Shown one piece after another: positions 34,379 to 43,422 of a stretch of DNA of 44,957 bases (its first letter is position 1; every line of letters starts with the position of its first letter). Made by a program: the position numbers and the translations under genes. Where the stretch lies: assembly GCA_041798185.1 (NCBI GenBank), contig JBHCAF010000111.1, positions 1 through 44,957 of the forward strand, read 5' to 3'. This stretch comes from Bacillota bacterium. Lineage in GTDB: Bacteria; Bacillota; Clostridia; Peptostreptococcales; Anaerovoracaceae. The notes beneath the pieces were generated by a model. It saw only the letters and a program-made list of their open reading frames with translations, was not told where the DNA came from and searched no databases.

Positions 34379-35280
34379 TAAGAGATCTGTCCTTCTAAGT
34401 ATTTTATTATATCGATCGCGATCTCCGCATGATCGTATTTATCTATCGCGTTTTTTGCTCTGTAAAGGAGCGCCGAGGCTATCTCCTTTGATTTCTCCAT
34501 ACCGTATACGGCTGGATATGTTATCTTGCCCTTCTCCTCATCGCCTCCGACATCCTTTCCGCGGGCTTCCTTTGTGCCCGCGACATCCATTATATCGTCG
34601 ACTATCTGAAAAGCGTGTCCTACGCACTCGCCGTAAATATCGGCGTCTTCGAGCAGGGTGTTTATCGCGCCTCCGAGGTAGCAGCCGCAGAGCACCGATG
34701 ACTTGATAAAGGCCGCCGTCTTGTTCACATCTATAAAATCGAGCATTTCCGCGGAACATAGCTTGCCCTCGTTCTCGACATCGGCCACCTGACCCTGCAC
34801 CATTCCTCTTACGCCTATGCCCCTTGAAAGCGCCGCCGCCGCTTTTACTTTTTTCTTTAGCAGCTCGGGCCTGTCTATATAAAGCAGCATATCCTTGCAC
34901 ATGATCTCGTACGCCGACGAAAGCAGGGCGTCTCCGGCAAGTATTGCTATATTCTCGCCGTAGACCTTATGATTCGTCGGCATGCCCCTTCTGTAATCGT
35001 CGTTATCAAGAGCGGGAAGATCGTCGTGTATCAGAGAATAGGTCTGAATAAACTCTATGGCCTCGGCAAAGGGCAAGGCGAAGCCTATATCGGCGTTTCC
35101 CTGCGCCGCGATATTATAAAAGCACAGCATGAGAACAGACCTTATGCGCTTGCCTCCGGCCTTGAGCGAATACTTCATAGAGTCATACAGCACGGTGCTC
35201 TTAGGATCTATCTCCGGTATAAAATCAAGAATATGCTCATCGACTGTTTTTTTGTATCTGTCAAATTCGGGGCTAAGCAT
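34378..35280 (-). CDS. ispA: Polyprenyl (farnesyl/geranylgeranyl) diphosphate synthase
   Basis: FARM 'LIHDDLPALDNDDYRRG', SARM 'FQIVDDIMD', 'GKDVGGDEEKGK'. TAATG overlaps on both sides. Confidence 0.93.
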   Translation of the reverse strand: MLSPEFDRYKKTVDEHILDFIPEIDPKSTVLYDSMKYSLKAGGKRIRSVLMLCFYNIAAQGNADIGFALPFAEAIEFIQTYSLIHDDLPALDNDDYRRGMPTNHKVYGENIAILAGDALLSSAYEIMCKDMLLYIDRPELLKKKVKAAAALSRGIGVRGMVQGQVADVENEGKLCSAEMLDFIDVNKTAAFIKSSVLCGCYLGGAINTLLEDADIYGECVGHAFQIVDDIMDVAGTKEARGKDVGGDEEKGKITYPAVYGMEKSKEIASALLYRAKNAIDKYDHAEIAIDIIKYLEGQIS

Positions 35281-35498
35281 TATTTTTCAAAATCCTCCGT
35301 TTTCCCTGCTTCGGGACGATAAATCTCGATCTTCTGTTTCGCTTTTTCGAGCAGCGAATCGCAAAGCTCAAAATACTTGACGCTTTCCTCATAAAGCGCC
35401 GAGCTTTCCTCAAGAGAGAGCTCGTCCGATCTCAGCCTCGCGCTTATTTCCTCAAGCTTTGCCACAGCCTGCTCAAAACTCGGTTTTTTCTCAGCCAT
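35280..35498 (-). CDS. xseB: Exodeoxyribonuclease VII small subunit
   Basis: 72 aa. 'SFEQAVAKLEEISARLRSDELSLEESSALYEESVKY'. Follows xseA. Confidence 0.92.
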   Translation of the reverse strand: MAEKKPSFEQAVAKLEEISARLRSDELSLEESSALYEESVKYFELCDSLLEKAKQKIEIYRPEAGKTEDFEK

Positions 35499-36663
35499 TT
35501 TTTACGACCTTTCGTTTATCAAGCTTAAACTCTACGCCTTCTATAAGACAATTCAGACTTCCGTCCTTAAAAAACAGTTTGATTCTATCGCCGTTTTTCA
35601 CGGCAGCCGCGCTTTTGATCCTGCTTCCGTCGGGCCCCTGCGCAAGGGCGCAGCCCTTTTCGAGCAGCGCGAGCGGAGTTTCGCTTTCTATCTCAAGCTT
35701 CAGCAGTGAAAGCCTGTGACGGGCTTCAGCAAGCGCCGTTTCATAAGAGGCTCTGCAGCTTTGCATAAGATGCCTTAGCCTGCCCTCCGCGTTTTCATGC
35801 CGAGCCTTAAGTATGCGAAAGAGGCTGCCCGGACTGCACATGGAAATGATATCCCTGTAAGCTCCTATGTCGGGAACGGCGAGCTCCGCGGCAGCGGTCG
35901 GGGTGGCCGCCCTCATATCCGCGGCATGATCGCTCAGAACAAAATCCGGTTCATGCCCCACGGCTGAAATAACGGGTATGACGGAGGCCGCTACGGCTCT
36001 TACTACGGCTTCCTCGTTGAAGCTCCAAAGATCCTCCGCGCTTCCGCCTCCCCTGCCGGCTATTATCAGCTCTATATCGGGGAATTTTTCATTGACGGCC
36101 TTTATTGCCGCCGCTATATCGCCCGCGGCGTCCTTTCCCTGAACAAGGCAGGGATATACGAGAATATCAACAAAGGGATTTCTTCTTTTTACAGTGCTGA
36201 TGATATCCCTCACCGCCGCTCCTGTCGGAGAGCTTATCACGGCTATTTTTTTAGGGAAGTCGGGAAGCCTTCTTTTTCTTTTATCGTCAAAAAGCCCCTC
36301 TGCCTGAAGCTTCTTAAAGAGGAGCTCATAAGCCTTTTTCAGCTCGCCCTCGCCCTGAAGCTCTATATCCTTGACATTCAGGGAATAAAAACCGCCTCTT
36401 TCATAGACGCTGACCGCACCGAAGGCGACGAGCTTCATTCCGTCTTCGAGCTCAAAGCGCAGCGCTTCCGCTCTGGATGCCGAAAGAAAGCATCTAATGC
36501 TGCTGTTTTCATCCTTGAGGCTGAAATAAAGGTGCCCCGACGAATGCCGGGTAAAATTCCCAAGCTCTCCCGTCACCGCTATATTCATGAGTATGGGATC
36601 GCTCGCGAAGATCTTTTTTATATATCCGTTCAGTCGGGATACGCTTACGGGCTTCATCGCCAT
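35491..36663 (-). CDS. xseA: Exodeoxyribonuclease VII large subunit
   Basis: 'VSRLNGYIKKIF..DP.L.NI.V.GE..NF..HSSGH.YFSLKD', 'RGGGS.EDLW.FN', 'ISAVGHE.D'. An alternative ATG at 36657 gives an ATGA overlap. Confidence 0.94.
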   Translation of the reverse strand: MAMKPVSVSRLNGYIKKIFASDPILMNIAVTGELGNFTRHSSGHLYFSLKDENSSIRCFLSASRAEALRFELEDGMKLVAFGAVSVYERGGFYSLNVKDIELQGEGELKKAYELLFKKLQAEGLFDDKRKRRLPDFPKKIAVISSPTGAAVRDIISTVKRRNPFVDILVYPCLVQGKDAAGDIAAAIKAVNEKFPDIELIIAGRGGGSAEDLWSFNEEAVVRAVAASVIPVISAVGHEPDFVLSDHAADMRAATPTAAAELAVPDIGAYRDIISMCSPGSLFRILKARHENAEGRLRHLMQSCRASYETALAEARHRLSLLKLEIESETPLALLEKGCALAQGPDGSRIKSAAAVKNGDRIKLFFKDGSLNCLIEGVEFKLDKRKVVKNG

Positions 36664-37556
36664 GGCGCCCTCCCCTCTGAAAGAGCAAGCCCCGCGGCGT
36701 TGTCACTGCAATACTCAGGCTGTCCGAATATATAAGCATACTCACGGCAGCTTCGCCTCAGGAATTCACTCGAGGCTACGCCGCCGGTCACAAGCACCTG
36801 CTCCGCTCCGATATTCTTTATTATTCTTATAAAGCTGTCCGATATCGCTTTCATCAGAAAATAGGCGGCGCCCTCCTTATCATCCGGATTTTTTGATATA
36901 TATTCTCTTATCTGGTTTTCCGTTCCGGACATATTAAGGCTTCCGCCGTCGCAGTGAATTTCCGAAAGAGGCGACCTGAGCCCGCGGCCCTTTTCCTTGA
37001 GCGCTAAAGCGTCTATCTCTTTTCCGCACGGAAACTCCAGTCCGAGCATAAGCCCCGTACGGTCTATCAGCTGCCCGTAGGATATGTCTTTGGTGCCTCC
37101 GATTATTTTGAGCTCTCCGTTTTCGATCATTACAAGCTCAAGAGTGCCTCCGGAAAGATGAGCGCATACGAGCTTTTCTGAAAAGTCTACCTCGTTCATA
37201 TAAGCCGCCGCCATTATATGACCCTCCTGATGAGAAAACTCATATAAAGGCAGTCTCAATGCCGAGGCAAGCATTCTTGCCGCGCTGCAGCCTGCGTTAA
37301 AAACAGGCATATAAGAGCCCTTCTGAGCTCTCGGCCTTGTTGATACCGCTATGCCCTTGATATCTCCGAAGCTGAGCGCGGGCTCAAGAAGCTCCGGAAG
37401 ATTTTCCCAATGCTGATAAAGGGCTTCAGACTGTCTGAGGCCCAATTCGCCGCTTTTGACCCTCAGCTGGCGCCTGTTGTCAGCAAGGAGCCTGTTATTG
37501 TCGGCAAGCGCGACGGAGCTGGTATAATTGCTTGTATCTATACCCAGAAACGACAT
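36654..37556 (-). CDS. Divergent TsaD/Kae1-like (peptidase M22 / ASKHA fold) paralog, 300 aa
   Basis: Collinear with TsaD: 'LGIDTSNYTSSVAL', metal site 'SHQEGHIMAA', 'HLSGGTLEL', 'GLEFPCGKEIDALA', 'VTGGVASSEFLR', 'PEYCSDNAAGLA'. The GPG loop is replaced by 'STRPRAQKGSYMP', and the protein is about 40 aa shorter than TsaD. Confidence 0.65.
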   Translation of the reverse strand: MSFLGIDTSNYTSSVALADNNRLLADNRRQLRVKSGELGLRQSEALYQHWENLPELLEPALSFGDIKGIAVSTRPRAQKGSYMPVFNAGCSAARMLASALRLPLYEFSHQEGHIMAAAYMNEVDFSEKLVCAHLSGGTLELVMIENGELKIIGGTKDISYGQLIDRTGLMLGLEFPCGKEIDALALKEKGRGLRSPLSEIHCDGGSLNMSGTENQIREYISKNPDDKEGAAYFLMKAISDSFIRIIKNIGAEQVLVTGGVASSEFLRRSCREYAYIFGQPEYCSDNAAGLALSEGRAPWR

Positions 37557-37957
37557 CAGCCCGCTATCTTTCCGAGTATCCCGTTGACGAATTTTCCGGA
37601 TTCCTCGGCTCCGAATTTTTTAGCCAGATTAACGGCTTCGTTTATCGCGACCTGAAGCGGGATATCTTCGTCGTCAAGATATCTGAGCTCGGTCACCGCC
37701 AGTCTCAGAACCGCGAGATCGACTTTGGCCATACGCCTGATATGCCATTTCACTGACGCTTCTTCTATGGCCGCGTCTATGGCCTCTCTGTTTTCGATAA
37801 AGGCGCTTATGACCCTGTCCGCGTATTTTCTTTGCTCGTCGTCGCTCTTAATGCTTTTTTCAAGAAAGCTCTCGCAAAGCTCCTGTCCGAAGTCCTTTTG
37901 AGCCTCCATCTGAAATATCAGCTGCATCATGAGCTGTCTTGCTTCCTGTCTTTTCAT
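37556..37957 (-). CDS. nusB: Transcription antitermination factor NusB
   Basis: 'RQEARQLMMQLIFQME', 'W...R....DLAVLRLAVTEL.Y', 'P..VAINEAV.LAKKFG.....KFVNGILG'. Confidence 0.93.
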   Translation of the reverse strand: MKRQEARQLMMQLIFQMEAQKDFGQELCESFLEKSIKSDDEQRKYADRVISAFIENREAIDAAIEEASVKWHIRRMAKVDLAVLRLAVTELRYLDDEDIPLQVAINEAVNLAKKFGAEESGKFVNGILGKIAG

Positions 37958-37962
37958 CTCGC

Positions 37963-38328
37963 TTAAAAATCTTCCTTTAATAAATCCTTATCAGCTGCCG
38001 CCGGCTGATCAAAATCCGTACCCATTATATGAATGTGGACTTTACTTACTTCTATATCTACTATCGCCTCGACAGCCCTCTTAACGGCCTCCTGAACGGC
38101 AAAGGCTGTCTGAGGGATGCTTGACGCGTATTTAATATTGAGATAGACATCAAACACGCAGCTGCCCTCATCTATGCTCATAACTATTCCTCTGTATTTT
38201 TCTCTGGAACGCAGGGAAAAGCTCATCGGAGCGCTGCAAAGAGAGCCCACGCCCTTAGTTTTCAGCGCGGCGCTCGCCGCGGCGTATGCCATGACATCCT
38301 CGCTTTGTCTGCTGTATTTTTCCGCCAT
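37963..38328 (-). CDS. Asp23/Gls24-family envelope stress protein
   Basis: 121 aa. 'AAASAALKTKGV', 'VFDVYLNIKYASSIPQTAFAVQEAVKRAVE', 'V.KVHIHIMG'. Position upstream of nusB, as in Firmicutes. Confidence 0.85.
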   Translation of the reverse strand: MAEKYSRQSEDVMAYAAASAALKTKGVGSLCSAPMSFSLRSREKYRGIVMSIDEGSCVFDVYLNIKYASSIPQTAFAVQEAVKRAVEAIVDIEVSKVHIHIMGTDFDQPAAADKDLLKEDF

Positions 38329-38338
38329 ATCTTAACTC

Positions 38339-38376
38339 CAAAAAAACAGGCCGCGCATATAGCTCTGACCTGTTTT
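38339..38376 (-). terminator. Weak candidate terminator after mltG
   Basis: On the minus strand: AACAGG-(18 nt)-CCTGTT followed by TTTT. Short stem and large loop. Confidence 0.3.
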
Positions 38377-38410
38377 ATCGACAATGAGATTTAATTTTGA
38401 AAGATCAGGT

Positions 38411-39541
38411 CTATTTCAGCGTATTCAGGTATTGCTGTTTATAAGCGTTGAATTCCGTACCGTTCACGGCGAAATTATGTTCAACGCTGTCCGCGCTTTT
38501 CAGCACATAGTATAAATAATCCGTTTCCGCGGGATACAGCGCCGCTTCAAGCGAGGCCTTTCCCGGCGAAGATATCGGTCCGGCGGGAAGAGCCGGGACC
38601 TTGTAAGTATTATACACCGAATCCGTCTCAAGATCCGCATATAAAACTCTTGCCTTTCTTTCTCCCATGCAGTACTGCACCGTAGCGTCTATTTGCAGAG
38701 GCATTCCGATCCTGAGCCTGTTGTATATCACGCTCGAGACCTTTTCCCTCTCCTGATCAACGCGGGTCTCGTTTTCTATCATAGAGGCTATGGTCACTAT
38801 TTCGGCAGTGCTCATACCCATCTTTTCCGCCCTGTTTTTGAAGTCTTCTCCGTAGACCTTTCCAAACTGCGAAAGCATCTTATCTATGATGTCGTGAGCC
38901 GAAGCGTCCTTGAAGACCTCATAGCTGTCCGGGAAAAGATAGCCCTCAAGCCTGTTCGCCTTTGCCGACAAAGTTCCGGTAGGATCCGGCTGAGTGCTTT
39001 CAGGCAGGAACCAATAATCATAATCGTCCTCGCAGGCCGAATAAAAATCCCGAACATCCGCGATAAGACCGTCTCTTACAAGCTTATCGGCGACTTCCCT
39101 TATAAAAAGCCCCTCATTCACAGTGAATTTCACGCTTTCTCTTCTTGCGTTCTGAAGGGCGTAATATATCTCTTCGGTGCTCATCGACGGCGAAAGCTGA
39201 TATTCACCGGCCTGGAAAAGCTCGGCTATACCCAAAAGCTTGGCTCTTTTTCTGAACTTGCCCGCGTTTCCTATTATGCCCTTTTCCTGGAGCATTTCGG
39301 CTATGGCCTTTCCCGACATTCCGGGCTCCACAACTATGGTGTAGCTCTGCGTGTCCTCGGGCTTATAGACCGCGTTGTAATTCGTTACTCCGTTATAGGC
39401 CAGCAGCGAGGCCGCGAGCAAAAGTCCGAAAACGAGAAAGAGCAGCGGCAGATAGTATCTGCTCGCAAGGCGTTTCTTCTTTTTTCTTCGTTTTCTTACC
39501 GGCGCGTCCTGTGCGCCGGAGCTTTTTATTTCATCATCCAT
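38411..39541 (-). CDS. mltG: Endolytic murein transglycosylase MltG (YceG-like)
   Basis: Basic N-terminus plus a single TM, 'LEGYLFPDSYE', 'IVTIASMIE.E', 'VIYNRL...MPLQ.DATV.Y', 'YNTY...LP.GPI..PG'. Confidence 0.92.
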   Translation of the reverse strand: MDDEIKSSGAQDAPVRKRRKKKKRLASRYYLPLLFLVFGLLLAASLLAYNGVTNYNAVYKPEDTQSYTIVVEPGMSGKAIAEMLQEKGIIGNAGKFRKRAKLLGIAELFQAGEYQLSPSMSTEEIYYALQNARRESVKFTVNEGLFIREVADKLVRDGLIADVRDFYSACEDDYDYWFLPESTQPDPTGTLSAKANRLEGYLFPDSYEVFKDASAHDIIDKMLSQFGKVYGEDFKNRAEKMGMSTAEIVTIASMIENETRVDQEREKVSSVIYNRLRIGMPLQIDATVQYCMGERKARVLYADLETDSVYNTYKVPALPAGPISSPGKASLEAALYPAETDYLYYVLKSADSVEHNFAVNGTEFNAYKQQYLNTLK

Positions 39542-39573
39542 TTTGACCCCTCAGCGTATTTGATACGCAATAT

Positions 39574-39601
39574 GAAAACAAGCGCAAGTCATGCTTGCGC
39601 T
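39574..39601 (-). terminator. Rho-independent terminator after efp
   Basis: On the minus strand: AGCGCAAG-catga-CTTGCGCT followed by TGTTTTCATATT. Confidence 0.6.
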
Positions 39602-39608
39602 GTGATCC

Positions 39609-40172
39609 TTATTCAGCCTTTGCGCGTCCGAGATACTCGCCGCTTCTTGTGTCTATCTGTATAAGCTCGCCCTCTTCGATAAAAATCGGGACCTGTACGA
39701 CAGCGCCCGTTTCGACGGTAGCCGCCTTTGTGACATTGGTCGCGGTATTACCCTTGACGCCCGGCTCCGTTTCAACGACCTTGAGATTGACAAAATTCTC
39801 GGCCTCTACCAAAAATGCGGAGCCCTCGTAGAATTTCACAGTCACAACATCGTTTTCTCTTATAAATTTGATGGCGTCGGCTACAAGCTCCTGTCCCATA
39901 GGCACCTGATCGAAGCTTTCCGGATCCATAAAATAATAGAGCTCGCCGTCATTGTAAAGATACTGCATCTTTTTTGTTTCGATGTGCGCCGCGTCGAATT
40001 TATCACTGGGGTTGAAGGCCTCTTCCTTTATAGCGCCTGTGAGAATGTTCTTGTGCTTCGTGCGAACGAAGGCGGCCCCCTTGCCCGGCTTTACATGCTG
40101 AAAATCGATGATAACATGAGGCTCGCCGTCCAAAACGAAGGTCATGCCTTTTCTGAATTCACCTGCTGTCAT
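39609..40172 (-). CDS. efp: Elongation factor P
   Basis: '[36 protein letters not shown]', three OB-like domains, 187 aa. Confidence 0.97.
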   Translation of the reverse strand: MTAGEFRKGMTFVLDGEPHVIIDFQHVKPGKGAAFVRTKHKNILTGAIKEEAFNPSDKFDAAHIETKKMQYLYNDGELYYFMDPESFDQVPMGQELVADAIKFIRENDVVTVKFYEGSAFLVEAENFVNLKVVETEPGVKGNTATNVTKAATVETGAVVQVPIFIEEGELIQIDTRSGEYLGRAKAE

Positions 40173-40297
40173 AAGTAATATCTCCTTAATCCTGAATCAA
40201 ATACTGTTCACTGTTTCACTGAAATTTATTCATTGAGCCTTTGACAGATCAAAGCAATAAATCAAAACGAAAAGCCCAAAAGCCCTCTGGCCTCAGG

Positions 40298-41377
40298 CTA
40301 AACTATAATGAGCTCCTTCGGAGCACTCGTAAGGTTGATTATACCATTTTCCTTGACCACTGCCAAGTCTTCTATCCTTACGCCGAATTTTCCCGGCAAA
40401 TATATTCCGGGTTCTATGGAAACTATCGAGTTTGCCGGAATGATTTTATTGTAAACTAACGAAAGCCTCGGAGATTCATGAACCTCAAGCCCCGTGCCGT
40501 GACCGAGACCGTGGCCGAAATATTCTCCGTAGCCCGCCTTTTCGATAACATCAAGGGCAAAGCGGTGGCACACATCACCGGTCAGCCCCGCCTTTACATT
40601 ATTGCAGGCATTGAGCTGGGCTTCGAGCACTATCCCGTATATATTTCTCATTTCCTCGCTCGCGCTTCCGACGGCGACAGTCCTTGTCATATCGGAATGA
40701 TAGCCCTTGTAGGTGCAGCCGTAATCCATAGTAAGAAAAGCTCCGTCCTCAACAGGATGCTCGTCGGGAACACCGTGCGGCATGGACGACTTACGGCCGC
40801 TCACGCATATGGTATCGAAGCTGAGCCCGTCGGCTCCGTGAGTCAGCATATAATATTCAAGCTCAAGAGCCACCTGCTTTTCACTCATGCCCGGCCTTAT
40901 ATAGCTCTGTATATGTCTGAAGGCCTCACAGCCTATTTCCTGCGCCTTGTGAGTAAGCTCTATCTCCTCCTCGTCTTTTATTATACGAAGGTCGTTGACT
41001 ATGCTGTACTCGTCATCGCCTGTCGGAATTATGCTCTTGCCGTTCAACTTGTCGAGGAAATTGAGATAAGTATCGAGCGGCAGCGAGTTTCTTGATACGC
41101 CTATGCGCTTGCAGTCGCTTTTTTTAAGAAGATCGATAGCCCCTATCCCGGCGCCCGTCTCATAATAGCTGAACCAGCTTATGGCGCCGGCCATCTCACG
41201 GTACCTGAAATCAGTTATGAGATAGGCTTCTTTTTCGCTTATCCAAAGATAAATATCGTCGCCCTTGGTTCCGGTGAAATATGAAACATCCTCGTTCTTT
41301 GTTATATAAAGACCGTCTATGCCGTGATCGGCAAAAAGAGATCTTAATTTATTTATTCGCTCTTCGTATTTAACCAT
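40298..41377 (-). CDS. pepP: Xaa-Pro aminopeptidase/dipeptidase (M24B)
   Basis: Creatinase-like N-domain. Metal ligands in 'LTMDYGCTYKGYHSDMTRT', 'HGLGHGTGLEVHE', 'SIEPGIY', 'VRIED'. Confidence 0.9.
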   Translation of the reverse strand: MVKYEERINKLRSLFADHGIDGLYITKNEDVSYFTGTKGDDIYLWISEKEAYLITDFRYREMAGAISWFSYYETGAGIGAIDLLKKSDCKRIGVSRNSLPLDTYLNFLDKLNGKSIIPTGDDEYSIVNDLRIIKDEEEIELTHKAQEIGCEAFRHIQSYIRPGMSEKQVALELEYYMLTHGADGLSFDTICVSGRKSSMPHGVPDEHPVEDGAFLTMDYGCTYKGYHSDMTRTVAVGSASEEMRNIYGIVLEAQLNACNNVKAGLTGDVCHRFALDVIEKAGYGEYFGHGLGHGTGLEVHESPRLSLVYNKIIPANSIVSIEPGIYLPGKFGVRIEDLAVVKENGIINLTSAPKELIIV

Positions 41378-41699
41378 CTATCGCCTCTCCTAATATCTTT
41401 GAAATATCCGCTATTATAGTGGAAAAAGCCATCTCAGCGTTCAGATAGGCGGCGCAGCTCGGATCCTGCATAACTATCGAATACATAGACTGAAGCTGCT
41501 TTGTGCTTTCCTCGTCGGGAGTCTGCCCCGACATCAAAGCTGTCTGAAGCTGAAGATTTTTTGCGTTGAAATCATCTATCATTTTCTTAAGAGTTTCGTT
41601 CGCGTCTATCTCTTCCTTAAGCTTTTTGAAATCCTTGTACTGATCGGTCTCCTTCAAAGACCTCGCCAGCTCGTGAGCCAGATCGTAAACATTCTGCAT
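41370..41699 (-). CDS. YlbF/YmcA-family (Com_YlbF, UPF0342) protein
   Basis: 109 aa helical. 'VYDLAHELARSLKETDQYKDFKKLKEEIDANE....MIDDF'. Confidence 0.75.
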   Translation of the reverse strand: MQNVYDLAHELARSLKETDQYKDFKKLKEEIDANETLKKMIDDFNAKNLQLQTALMSGQTPDEESTKQLQSMYSIVMQDPSCAAYLNAEMAFSTIIADISKILGEAIDG

Positions 41700-41730
41700 T
41701 TCTTAACATGCTCTCCTTATCAATCTCAGA

Positions 41731-43422
41731 TCATATCTGCATTACTATCGACACTATCATAGGGCTTCGCTCCGTGCGGGCATAGATAAATTTGTGCATT
41801 TTATCTCCGAGCAGCTTCTTTACGGCAAGCTCGTCCCTCAGTATCTTGGGGCTCGCCTGCATAAGTATCTCTTCTATGTATTTCTCGGCTTCCTTAAGCA
41901 TTTCGCCGTATTCCTTTACATATATGAGACCTCTTGTAGAAATGCTCGGCCCCGCGAGAATTTCTCCGCTGGCCGAATCGAGGGTTACCGCTATCATTAC
42001 GCAGCCTCCCTCGGAGAGATTTCTTCTCTCGTTAAGCACGAAGGTCCCGACATCGCCTACTCCAAGACCGTCTACCAATACAGCCTCGGCTGATACCTTT
42101 TCTCCCGACAGCCTTATCTTGTCCTGAGTCAGCTCTATTATGTCTCCGTTCCTCGCGCTCACTATATTCTTCGGGTTCATCCCCAGCTCAAGCGCAATGG
42201 TCTCATGAGCCTTTAGATGTCTCGCCTCGCCGTGAACGGGCATGAAGAATTTGGGCTTCAAAAGATGATGTATAAGCTTGAGCTCCTCGCTGCAGGCGTG
42301 TCCCGAAACATGGGTCTCGGCTATATCGTTATATATGACCTGAGCTCCGAGCTCAAAGAGCCTGTTCACAACATTTGAAACGGCTTTTTCGTTTCCGGGA
42401 ACGGGAGTCGATGAAAGGATGATAGTATCGCCCTTTCTTATCTTGACATCACGGTGCTCGCCTCTCGCCATTCTGTAAAGCGCCGACATAGGCTCGCCCT
42501 GAGACCCCGTAGTGATGACTATGAGCTGTGAATCAAGCACATTTTTTATCTTCTTGAGATTCACCACGGTATTTGCCGGTATCTTGAGATAGCCGAGATC
42601 CTGCGCTATGGCAGCCATCTGCTCCATAGAGCGTCCTGAAAAAGCGACCTTGCGCCCGCTTTCTACGGCTATATCTATTATCTTCTGAACTCTGTGGACA
42701 TTCGAAGAGAAGGTCGCGATTATTATCCGGTCGCCTATTGAGCGGAATATGTTTCTGAGCGATTCTCCTACTACTCGTTCCGAAGGGGTATAGCCCTTTC
42801 TTGAGGCGTTTGTGGAATCGCATAGCAGCAGCTGCACGCCCTCCTGCCCGAGCTGCGCGAATCTCGCGAGGTCTATCGCCTCTCCGTCAACGGGAGTGTA
42901 ATCCACCTTGAAATCCCCTGTGTGAAACAGCTTTCCAACGGGAGTATCTATCGCAAAGGCGAAGGAATCCGCGACCGAATGGGTTGTATGTATCGCCTCG
43001 ACCTTGAAGCAGCCGAGCTTTATGACATCCCCGGGAGCTATCTCAAGCAGTCTCGGTTTTTTTATCTTATGCTCGGTGAGCTTTCTTTTTATGAAGCCTA
43101 TGGTCAGTCTTGAACCGTAAACAGGGGCGTTGACCTTGCTCAGAAGATAGGGTATGCCGCCTATATGGTCCTCGTGCGAGTGGGTTATAACGACGCCCTT
43201 TATCTTGTCCGAGTTTTCTACTACATAGGAGAAATCAGGTATGACCACATCTATCCCGAGCATTTCATCACCGGGGAAAGACATTCCGCAGTCGACGATG
43301 ATTATATCGTCGCCGTATTGCAGAAGGGTCATATTCTTGCCTATCTCATGAAGACCGCCTATTGGTATTACTTTTAACGCTTCTTTTTGTTTTCTTGTTC
43401 TTTTTCTTGTTGTCATATTCAT
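41731..43422 (-). CDS. rnj: Ribonuclease J
   Basis: '[16 protein letters not shown]', metallo-beta-lactamase '[10 protein letters not shown]', beta-CASP 'DSTN', 'HVSGHA', 'PVHGE.RH'. C-terminal domain present. ATGA overlap with the leuS stop. Confidence 0.95.
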   Translation of the reverse strand: MNMTTRKRTRKQKEALKVIPIGGLHEIGKNMTLLQYGDDIIIVDCGMSFPGDEMLGIDVVIPDFSYVVENSDKIKGVVITHSHEDHIGGIPYLLSKVNAPVYGSRLTIGFIKRKLTEHKIKKPRLLEIAPGDVIKLGCFKVEAIHTTHSVADSFAFAIDTPVGKLFHTGDFKVDYTPVDGEAIDLARFAQLGQEGVQLLLCDSTNASRKGYTPSERVVGESLRNIFRSIGDRIIIATFSSNVHRVQKIIDIAVESGRKVAFSGRSMEQMAAIAQDLGYLKIPANTVVNLKKIKNVLDSQLIVITTGSQGEPMSALYRMARGEHRDVKIRKGDTIILSSTPVPGNEKAVSNVVNRLFELGAQVIYNDIAETHVSGHACSEELKLIHHLLKPKFFMPVHGEARHLKAHETIALELGMNPKNIVSARNGDIIELTQDKIRLSGEKVSAEAVLVDGLGVGDVGTFVLNERRNLSEGGCVMIAVTLDSASGEILAGPSISTRGLIYVKEYGEMLKEAEKYIEEILMQASPKILRDELAVKKLLGDKMHKFIYARTERSPMIVSIVMQI

